Shown here in pieces: positions 53,573 to 64,000 of a stretch of 64,000 nucleotides of DNA. The notes under the pieces are model-generated. The model saw only the letters and a list, made by a program, of their open reading frames with translations. It searched no databases and was not told where the DNA came from. Position 1 is the stretch's first letter, and every line of letters begins with the position of its first letter. The translations under genes and the position numbers were made by a program. This DNA is from Eledone cirrhosa (Eukaryota): positions 337,094,001 through 337,158,000 of the forward strand of contig OZ024743.1 in assembly GCA_964016885.1 (NCBI GenBank), read 5' to 3'.

Positions 53573-55487
53573 GTAAGAATCATTGAAACACTACTTTATA
53601 TAGCTATTTTGGAAATTCTATCTTAACCCTTTTTATACCAACTCTCCCAAAATCTCTGGTTTTAAGAAACAGAACTACCCATTTTAAAAGATTCCTCCTT
53701 AAATAATTGTTTCTACTTTTGGCACAAGGCCAGCAATTACCCAGTACATTACTGGTGCTTTATTTTATCGACCCTGTAAGGATGAAAGGCAAAGTTAACC
53801 TCAACAGGATTTGAACTCGGTCCGTAAAGGGACGTAACTATGCTAGAAAGCATGGCGTCCAACTCTCTACTGATACTGCCAGTTCACTGCAACCTTCCAA
53901 CATAATTTATATGAGAACATTTGTTTATGTTACAAATATCATCTTAATGAAATTATAATTTTACTAAATACTTCCCAAATCCTTCATTAATTACTTAACC
54001 CTTTTAGCAGTTTAAACTGGCCATATCCTGCCAGAATTCTCTCACCTCTTTCTGTTCAAATCGGTCATAACTGACCACTCATACCGATGTTAAGGTATTG
54101 TTCTCAAAATAAATATCGAAATCTTGTAGATTCGATATTATGTAAGTAATTTTGTAAGATAAAGTCTTTTCTGTGAAATACAATTGTAAATATAGAGTAA
54201 TGTGAATGCTAAAGGGTTAAAATACTAAATATTTCATGAAAAATATGTCAATCAAAGGGTTATTTAACCTTTTCATTGACATATTTTTCACTAATGTTGT
54301 CTATAACTACTAACTCAAATTACTGGAGACTGGACAGTAAGGGAGATTTGAAAATTATATGATACACTGTATAGCATATGAGTTAATCTTGCAGTAGCAA
54401 CATTTTGAAGTTAAAAATCACCTCGCTCTACATTCCTAGGTCAAATCCTAGCAAAATCAAATTTGCCATTCATCTTTTCTAGGCTGATAAAATAAAGTAT
54501 CTGTCCAGAATGGTAGACATAATTTGTCACTTCCATTTAATATTGCAACCTGGTCCTTGAATGGTTTTAGCAGTGTCCACTGACGCAAACATTTGGGCCA
54601 GATCTCCATTTTGAGAATCAATCTCTCTCCCTTCTACTAGTCTTGGAGAACTTGAAATCTGTTGTGATCACTGCTCCCCCCTCCTCCCCAACACACACAC
54701 AACTAAGCAGTAAAACTTTTTCTATTTAGATGTTTCAGTCCAAATTAATTTTACATTATACTCAGTAGGATCAGATGTAAATGAGTTACATTCTGCTGGC
54801 CCATCTGAGCACTTAGTAGATTGCAAGATGTTCACATACATAGACCACTCAATAGGGTCATTAGATTCACTTGAGTAGCAACCTGATTTGTTGATGACCC
54901 ATATTAATTGGTGATTTATACGATCAATGTACCCAATACACACTGTTAAGTGGTTGGTGATAGGAATGGCATCCAGCCATAGAAAGCTTGCCAAACAAAG
55001 GGTCGGGAGGACTCTTCAGTTGTGTTAAAGACATGTCTACCTCCCTAGTGTTGGTAATCTATGCGATAAATGCACCCAGTATATACTGCAAAGTGGTTGG
55101 TGTTAGGGCATCCAGCCATAAAAATCTTGCCAAACAAATGGTTAGGAGGACCCTCAGTTGTGTCAAAGGCATGACAACCTCTCCTGAACACTCGATGGAA
55201 CATGAAACCATACATAAGCACAGAGGTCCTTGGCTCTGCTTCAGTACTGACTTTGTCTATATGGACCCATCAAACCCTTGCTAGCAGGGAAAGTGGATTT
55301 TGATCTAATGATGATGATAACACTGATGTGTATTTTTCTTCTTTAGAGCTAATCTGATGCTGTCTGTATTAAATAACCAACACTACTACATTTCAACACT
55401 CACTTATTGTCTATTTTTTCTTTTTAATCCTTCTCTATCTTACTGCCACTCCATTTCCCATCTATTCCCATGTTATTCTTCAAATAG

Positions 55488-55974
55488 AATGGCTTTTTGT
55501 GAAGATGGCGAGCTGTGGAGATTGTTCAAGAAAGCTGAGACAAGCCTTTTCAACTTTAGATTCCAATGTATGAAACCCGAAGAGCTCTGTTGTTCCCTTA
55601 AACCAGTTTGGAAATCTGCAGCAGCACTCTCAATGAAAGAAAAGAATATAAAACAGTTATCTTTTGAAGGTGTGTTAAAAGTCTTTACAAACATCGCAAA
55701 TAGCTGTGGTGGTTCATGGTCCAGTGTCATCAACAAATATTATTCTGGGTGTAAAACAGACTACTTTCGTGTTCCTTTCATATATGTCTTAAAGATGGTA
55801 TCTGAAAGGCGAGTGTTGCTTGAGCGAGGTGATGCTCTGATTCAGTTCTGTAGACTGCATCATGTCATGACATCACTCTTTGAGCTTATGCTGGAGTCCA
55901 GTCGGCACCAATTTCAGAAGATCCTCGAGAACCTCATTGACGAAAGAATTGAGAGGCTGTTCCTTCATCTCCAG
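55488..55974 (+). CDS. PRIM2-like coding exon 2 (gene continues, probably beyond the window)
   Basis: The phase-2 splice gives HFILR-MAFCEDGELWRLFKKAETSLFNFRF (PRIM2: LAYC..EELRRWF...E..L.RFRF), followed by YFRVPF..VL.MVSERRVLLERGDA; donor CAG|GTAA. Confidence 0.85.
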
Positions 55975-56427
55975 GTAAAAATATGTACAGTTTCACCATC
56001 TACCGCATGATTCTTCTCTTTTTCTCTTTTGACAGCTCACACCTATGCAGGTTTAGCTGGCCTCCTCCAAGGTATATCTCGTTGGAGGTGTCTTGGGTAA
56101 TTTAATGATAGGGACTGCAGTCCCTATCAACTCATTTCTACAGCTGAGTAAACTGGAGCAACGTAAAATAAAGTGCCTTGCTCAAGGAAACAACACATCA
56201 CCCGGTCCGAGAATTGAACTCACAACCTTTCAATTGCAAGCCCAATGCTCTAACCACTAATCCATGCGCCTTCATAGCATGATTGGACTGGAGTGTCTGA
56301 TTTTCTTCATCCACTTATTGACACCAACACGAGGTGGGGTGTTGTCATGTCGTTGACACAACTAAGATGTTAGTTAGTTCCTATATTTTGTACATCAACC
56401 TAAATAAGCAGAGGAAATCTGTATTCA

Positions 56428-56795
56428 CATCATCATCATCATCATCATCATCATCTTACGTCCATTCTTCCACGCTAGCATGGGTTAGACAGGTTGTTCT
56501 GTTGTGAGCAATGTCCGGTCGGCTGACTTTGTCTTGCTCATACAGGAACTGATTTTGGCTTGATTTTTACAGCTGGATGCCCTTCCTAACACCAACCTCA
56601 TTTACAGTGTGTGCTGGGTGCTTTTTTTCCGTGGCGCCTACACGACCATTTTACAGTGTGGGCTGGGTGCTTTTTTGCCGTGGCACCTCCACGACCACTT
56701 TGCAGTGGGAGGGGGTGGGGTCACATTGTCTATATGCTTCAGCTTCGGCTTGTACCCGTGGGAAGTCGGGTCTTCTGTATTACTGCGTGACACCA
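56428..56795 (-). mobile_element. RTE 3' UTR fragment
   Basis: Reverse complement of about 1935-2280, with a (CAT)n tail. Confidence 0.85.
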
Positions 56796-57494
56796 TGTGG
56801 ATGTTAAATATATTTTTGGTAAAAAGAATGACCAGAAATTTAGCTTTTTAAGGATTACCAGTACTGGGAAAGCATTTCTTATAATGGTTTGCTAAGAAAG
56901 CTCGGTGTATGAAATTATAATGGTGTTGATGAAAAATAATGATTTCTGATTTAACCACAAGGATAGCAATTTGTGTGTGGGGGTGGAGGAAGTTGATTAA
57001 ATCGACCCAGTACATTACTGGTACTTTATTTAATCGACCCCGTAAGGAAAAAGGCAAAGCTAACCTCGGTTGGATTTGAACTCAGAATGTAAAGAGCTGT
57101 AACTATATGCTGCTAAGCATGTCCGACGCTCTACCAATATAACCAGTGAAAAATAATAATACACATACATACTCACGTGCTTACACATGTCATAACTGTC
57201 ATATTTGCTCACCATCAGACATGATGTGGCATGAAAGTATACACTTATGATTAAGATGCTTGTACAAGAGAACATGTAGAAAAGCTAAGTGACTGCCAAA
57301 GAAAGAAAGAAATAGAAAAATGATACGAGTATCATGTATACTTGCGTACAGCATTTAACATCCATTTTTCCACACTAGTATGGGTTAGACAAGTTGTTCT
57401 GTTGTGAGACAAGCCACATCAGATGACCACGTCATGCTCATACAGAACTGTTTCTGGCTTGGTTTCTATGGCTGGATACCCTTCCTAATACCAA

Positions 57495-57885
57495 CCAAAT
57501 TTACAGTGTGGACTGAGTGCTTTTTTTAGTGACACCTACATGACCACTTTACAGTGTGGACTGGGCGCTTTTTGTCGTGACACCTACACGACCACTTTAC
57601 AGTATGGGCTGGATGCTTTTTGTCGTGACACCTACACGACCACTTTACAGTATGGGCTGAATGCTTTTTGTCGTGACACCTACACGACCACTTTACAGTA
57701 TGGGCTGGATGTTTTTTGTTGTGACACCTACACAACCACTTTACAGTATGGGCTGGATGTTTTTTGTTGTGACACCTACACAACCACTTTACAGTGTGAG
57801 CTGGGCGCTTTTTGTCGGAACACCTACATGACCACTTTACAGTGTGGGCTGAATGCTTTTTATTGTGATACTTACACAACCACTA
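57495..57885. repeat. 48-bp tandem repeat (about 8 copies) amplified inside an RTE/SINE 3' tail
   Basis: Unit accactttacagtatgggctggatgctttttgtcgtgacacctacacg; a related motif occurs 2-3 times in each RTE 3' UTR. Confidence 0.9.
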
Positions 57886-58480
57886 TACTCTGAGTGCATG
57901 AAGGCATGTGACCCAGTAGCGAGGGTGTTGGATTCACAACCATAAGGTTGTTGGTTCAAATCCTGGACCAGTTGGAGCATTGTGTTCTTAAGAAGATACT
58001 TCTATTCATATTGTTTTTCATGATAAGGCACCCAAGAAACCTCCTATGAGATGCAACCTCACAGGAGGCCAACTAAACCTGCATATGAGTGAGCTGTAAA
58101 TTTCATTTCATTTTTCATTTTTGATAGTTTGAATGTCCAGTTAAGAACACCTTTGAACATAAGTCTGCTCAGTCAATATTAACTGAGTAAAGTGCAGTGC
58201 TCAACAATAACTAACAAAAATGTTTTATTTTTTTAAAGTGGAAAATGCAAAAATTGAATAGGAAAGTACTTTATACCAGTGAATGTGAAGTTAGAGTATT
58301 AGACTGCTGGCTATATAGGAATAAGTTCAATATGTGGCCTGCTGTGCTGTACCTTGGACTTGAACTATAGCCTTGGGTTGACCAATGCCTTGTGAGTGAA
58401 ATCTGGTTGATAAAAACTGTGTGAGAGCCCGTCATGTTTGTTTGTATGTGTGTGTGTGTTTATATATATATATACATGTA

Positions 58481-58513
<33 letters not shown>

Positions 58514-58515
58514 GT

Positions 58516-61040
58516 ACAATATAGAGGAACAGTGGGAATTCCTGAAAGCAAATCTGCTGAAGGCAGCAGATGATGTCTGTGGCTGGAGCAGGCCTATAGG
58601 CAGGAGGAGAGTAACGTGGTGGTGGAACAGTAAGGTGGAGTCAATTAAGGCCAAAAAGCAGGCTTGGAAAGTATGGCGGGATGGGGGAAGTAGAGAAGAC
58701 TATCAAGTGGCCAGGAGGGAAGCTAGGAGACAAGTGTACTTCGCAAGAAGGGAAGCAGAGGAAAGAAAGTTCAAGCATGTTCTACAACGCGAGGACCAAA
58801 AACGTGAGGTGTTCATATTGTTAGGCAATGTGTCAAGGAAAACTGATATTGTCGGGGAGAAGTGTGTCCTTAATGATGATGGTGTACTTGCCATCACTGA
58901 CGCTGATAAGAAGGTAGCTTGGAAGTGTCACTACAAAAGGCTAATAATTGGGAGAAAGACAGTCTCCCCCACATCGATCCAATAGAGGGACCAGCAGTGT
59001 TAGTTGAAGGTAGTATAATAAGTAAGGCAATCAAAGATATGAAGACGGGTAAGGCGGCTGGGCCTTCGGAAATAGTTGCTAAAATGCTGAAAGCATCTGG
59101 AACGGTGGGACACACTATGGTCACCCAGATAGTAAACCAAGTCATACAGAATGGGGTCGTTCCGAAGGACTGGCATAGCAGCATCACCATTAACTGCTAC
59201 AAGGGTAAAGGAGATGCCCTAGATAGGGGTAACTATAGAGGCATTAAATTCATTGACCAGGTCATGAAGGTCACAGGAAAAGTAATAGCGCAACTAATCA
59301 GAGAGCGAATTGATCTAGATGAAATGCAGTTCGGGTTTGTGTCAGGTAAAAGTACCACAGATGTTCTTTTCATTGTACGACAACTACAGGAAAAGTACCT
59401 AGCTAAAAGTAAACCCCTATACTTAGCTTTTGTTGACTTGGAGAAAGCCTTTAACAGAGTCCCCTGCTCCATTATCTGGTGGGCTCTTAGAAAACTAGGT
59501 GTTGATGAATGGCTTGTGAGAGCTACACCAGCCATGTATAAAGAAACAGTCAGCAAGGTTAGAATTAACAACGAATATAGTGAAGAGTTTAGCGTAAAAG
59601 TTGGTGTTCATCAGGGCTCCGTGTTTAGCCTCCTATTATTATTGCCCTTCAGGCTATAACAGAGGAGTTCAAGACCGGCTGCCCATGGGAACTGCTATAC
59701 GTAGATGATCTAACGCTCATAGCTGAATCAATGGCCGAACTAGAGAAGAAATTCCAAATATGGAAGCATGGCCTAGAATCAAAAGGCCTTAAAATTAACC
59801 TGTCTAAGACTAAAGTTCTAGTTTGTAGTAAGGAAAATAGGGCACCAGTCCCATCTGGGAAATGGCCATGCTCAGTGTGTAGGAAAGGAGTAGGCAGAAA
59901 CTCCATTTTATGTTCCAAATGCAAAGTCTGGGTGCATAAAAGATGTAGTGGGATCACAGGTAAGCTAACTAAGAATATAGATTTTATATGTGGCCGGTGC
60001 TCTGGTGCAATAAGTAGCAGCAAGTGCCCACAGAATACTCGCTCATTCCATTGCACAGATGGTTCTATAGAAATAGTGGACACCTTCCGTTACCTGGGTG
60101 ACAAAATCAGCAGTGGTGGAGGGTGCTCTGAAAGTACAGTAGCTAGAGTCAGAACGGGATGGAAAAAGTTCAGAGAGCTTATACCACTATTGGCCGCTAA
60201 AGGGTTCTCTCTAAAAATGAAAGGCAGGCTGTATGATGCCTGCATACAAACAGCAATATTGCATGGCAGTGAGACCTGGGCATTGTGTGCAGAGGATATA
60301 TGCAGACTAGAGAAGAACGAAGCTTGCATGCTCCGCTGGATGTGTAATAGTAATATACGTGAACGGCAAAGCATAAACGAACTAAGGAAGAAATTAGGAA
60401 TAAGAGGGATCAAATGCTATTTACTCGAGAGAAGACTACGTTGGTACGGTCACGTGATGCGCATGAAAGACGACAGCTGTATAAAAAAGTGCAGGGCAAT
60501 AAAAATAGACGGTAGCCACGGAGTAGGCAGACCCAGAAAAACCTGGGACGACTTGCTAAATTCCGACCTCACACACTTACACCTCTCCAAGACAATGTCA
60601 CTGGACCGAGATCTTTGGTGCTACACAGTAATACAGAATACCCGCCTTGCGTAAGTACAAAGCGAAAGCTACAGTCAGTAGGCACCTCTAAGAACCCCCC
60701 CCCCCCCCCACTACCCCCACCCCATCCACACCACCCCTTTCAATGTAAAGTTATGTTGGCACCACATCATCCAGTCCGAAACAAATGAGGTCGTGTAGGT
60801 GTCATGACAAAAAAACACACAGTCCACGCTGTAATGTGGCTGTGTAGGTAACATGGTAAAAACCTCCCAGTTCACACTGTAAACGTGGTTGGTGTTAGGA
60901 AGGGCATCCAGCCATAGAAAACCTGCCAGACAGTCCTATACGAGCGAGACGACCAATCTTGCCTCAAGTGGGAAAATTCCCGTCCAAACCCATGCAAGCG
61001 TGGAATATGGACGTTAAACGATGATGATGATGATGATGAT
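58516..61040 (+). mobile_element. RTE-clade LINE, second subfamily, 5'-truncated with frameshifts
   Basis: RT motifs (AFVDLEKAF, GVHQGS, LLYVDDL), RRLRWYGHV, GRPRKTW, a 3' UTR and a (GAT)n tail. Confidence 0.95.
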
Positions 61041-61227
61041 ATATCGAATGTAGAAAAGTAACACACGAGTTGATATATATAGAAACAAATAGTAGAAAGG
61101 AAAAAGATTTTTTCAGTAGAAAATGTTGAAGAGATTCTTTCAGTGAAATATCAAAACATTAATTTATTTACAATTCCTAGTTTCTGCATTGTCAATTGCG
61201 GATATGCAGAATATTGTTAAGTTGCAT

Positions 61228-64000
61228 ATTTTCGAGGGTTTCTCTTAGTAGCTTTTTCATGTCGTTAATATTATGATGTTCCCTGCTGTATTAGCGTTAA
61301 ATTTTCCCTGCTGTATTAGCGATAAATTTTCGAGGGTTTCTCTTAGTAGCTTTTTCATGTCGTTAATATTATGATGTTCCCTGCTGTATTAGCGTTAAAT
61401 TTTCCCTGCTGTATTAGCGATAAATTTTCGAGGGTTTCTCTTAGTAGCTTTTTCATGTCGTTAATATTATGATGTTCCCTGCTGTATTAGCGTTAAATTT
61501 TCCCTGCTGTATTAGCGATAAATTTTCGAGGGTTTCTCTTAGTAGCTTTTTTCATGACGTTATTATTGTTAATTTTACTGATGTAGTATTAACTTATTAA
61601 CTTGGATATTTACCATGCGGTATTCTAATCCTATTGTATCTCTCTCAGTTATTTACCATGCGACCCTCAGTTCCTACCCCCCCCCCCCCTCTATGCACTT
61701 CTTTAAGGCTTACTACCCTGTCTTTAACCTAATTCATTCAATATGAAAATATTGAAGAGATAAGACACTTTGCCATTCTTCTCTGCTAAAATGTACCACT
61801 AGAGCTGATTCAAATTTTCCCAGCCAGCCATCCACCTAATCTACGAAGGTATTTTAGCCTACATATTGTCGTTAATATTATGATGTTCCCTGCTGTATTA
61901 GCGTTAAATTTTCCCTGCTGTATTAGCGATAAATTTTCGAGGGTTTCTCTTAGTAGCTTTTTCATGTCGTTAATATTATGATGTTCCCTGCTGTATTAGC
62001 GTTAAATTTTCCCTGCTGTATTAGCGATAAATTTTCGAGGGTTTCTCTTAGTAGCTTTTTCATGTCGTTAATATTATGATGTTCCCTGCTGTATTAGCGT
62101 TAAATTTTCCCTGCTGTATTAGCGATAAATTTTCGAGGGTTTCTCTTAGTAGCTTTTTCATGTCGTTAATATTATGATGTTCCCTGCTGTATTAGCGTTA
62201 AATTTTCCCTGCTGTATTAGCGATAAATTTTCGAGGGTTTCTCTTAGTAGCTTTTTCATGTCGTTAATATTATGATGTTCCCTGCTGTATTAGCGTTAAA
62301 TTTTCCCTGCTGTATTAGCGATAAATTTTCGAGGGTTTCTCTTAGTAGCTTTTTCATGTCGTTAATATTATGATGTTCCCTGCTGTATTAGCGTTAAATT
62401 TTCCCTGCTGTATTAGCGATAAATTTTCGAGGGTTTCTCTTAGTAGCTTTTTCATGTCGTTAATATTATGATGTTCCCTGCTGTATTAGCGTTAAATTTT
62501 CCCTGCTGTATTAGCGATAAATTTTCGAGGGTTTCTCTTAGTAGCTTTTTCATGTCGTTAATATTATGATGTTCCCTGCTGTATTAGCGTTAAATTTTCC
62601 CTGCTGTATTAGCGATAAATTTTCGAGGGTTTCTCTTAGTAGCTTTTTCATGTCGTTAATATTATGATGTTCCCTGCTGTATTAGCGTTAAATTTTCCCT
62701 GCTGTATTAGCGATAAATTTTCGAGGGTTTCTCTTAGTAGCTTTTTCATGTCGTTAATATTATGATGTTCCCTGCTGTATTAGCGTTAAATTTTCCCTGC
62801 TGTATTAGCGATAAATTTTCGAGGGTTTCTCTTAGTAGCTTTTTCATGTCGTTAATATTATGATGTTCCCTGCTGTATTAGCGTTAAATTTTCCCTGCTG
62901 TATTAGCAATAAATTTTCGAGGGTTTCTCTTAGTAGCTTTTTCATGTCGTTAATATTATGATGTTCCCTGCTGTATTAGCGTTAAATTTTCCCTGCTGTA
63001 CTAGCGATAAATTTTCGAGGGTTTCTCTTAGTAGCTTTTTCATGTCGTTAATATTATGATGTTCCCTGCTGTATTAGCGTTAAATTTTCCCTGCTGTATT
63101 AGCGATAAATTTTCGAGGGTTTCTCTTAGTAGCTTTTTCATGTCGTTAATATTATGATGTTCCCTGCTGTATTAGCGTTAAATTTTCCCTGCTGTATTAG
63201 CGATAAATTTTCGAGGGTTTCTCTTAGTAGCTTTTTCATGTCGTTAATATTATGATGTTCCCTGCTGTATTAGCGTTAAATTTTCCCTGCTGTATTAGCG
63301 ATAAATTTTCGAGGGTTTCTCTTAGTAGCTTTTTTCATGACGTTATTATTGTTAATTTTACTGATGTAGTATTAACTTATTAACTTGGATATTTACCATG
63401 CGGTATTCTAATCCTATTGTATCTCTCTCAGTTATTTACCATGCGACCCTCAGTTCCTACCCCCCCCCCTCTATGCACTTCTTTAAGGCTTACTACCCTG
63501 TCTTTAACCTAATTCATTCAATCTGAAAATATTGAAGAGATAAGACACTTTGCCATTCTTCTCTGCTAAAATGTACCACTAGAGCTGATTCAAATTTTCC
63601 CAGCCAGCCATCCACCTAATCTACGAAGGTATTTTAGCCTACATATTGTCGTTAATATTATGATGTTCCCTGCTGTATTAGCGTTAAATTTTCCCTGCTG
63701 TATTAGCGATAAATTTTCGAGGGTTTCTCTTAGTAGCTTTTTCATGTCGTTAATATTATGATGTTCCCTGCTGTATTAGCGTTAAATTTTCCCTGCTGTA
63801 TTAGCGATAAATTTTCGAGGGTTTCTCTTAGTAGCTTTTTTCATGACGTTATTATTGTTAATTTTACTGATGTAGTATTAACTTATTAACTTGGATATTT
63901 ACCATGCGGTATTCTAATCCTATTGTATCTCTCTCAGTTATTTACCATGCGACCCTCAGTTCCTACCCCCCCCCCCCCTCTATGCACTTCTTTAAGGCTT
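61228..64000. repeat. 98-bp satellite with higher-order organisation (runs separated by a repeated ~310-bp spacer)
   Basis: cgagggtttc recurs with period 98. The spacer starting gacgttattattgttaattttactg occurs at about 61556, 63339 and 63846. Confidence 0.96.

Noticed and set aside
57526-57893. Cys/His-rich repeat ORFs on both strands
   Set aside because: They are translations of the 48-bp tandem repeat derived from an RTE tail.

Overview
This is AT-rich, repeat-dense animal genomic DNA. The tRNA-derived SINEs and RTE LINEs with (GAT)n tails suggest a cephalopod, probably octopus (inference). Three host genes are visible: TIMM8 (- strand), a complete 15-coding-exon SPATA5/AFG2A AAA+ ATPase (- strand, about 908 aa, all splice phases consistent), and the first two coding exons of a divergent PRIM2-like primase large subunit (+ strand). 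Mobile DNA includes RTE LINEs, a CRE-clade RLE retrotransposon, mariner remnants, piggyBac-type MITEs, SINEs, Penelope-type minimal hammerhead motifs and several minisatellite/satellite arrays. The standout feature is an intact, intronless 389-aa ORF at 44339-45508 (-) with clear rhabdovirus nucleoprotein (N) motifs. It lies antisense between a truncated LTR-like copy and a polypurine tract plus a longer LTR-like copy, which suggests a negative-strand RNA virus gene captured by an LTR retroelement. A second notable feature is a near-identical inverted ~1 kb RTE pair enclosing two in-frame SPATA5 exons. All family assignments come from motif recognition by eye; no database searches were run.
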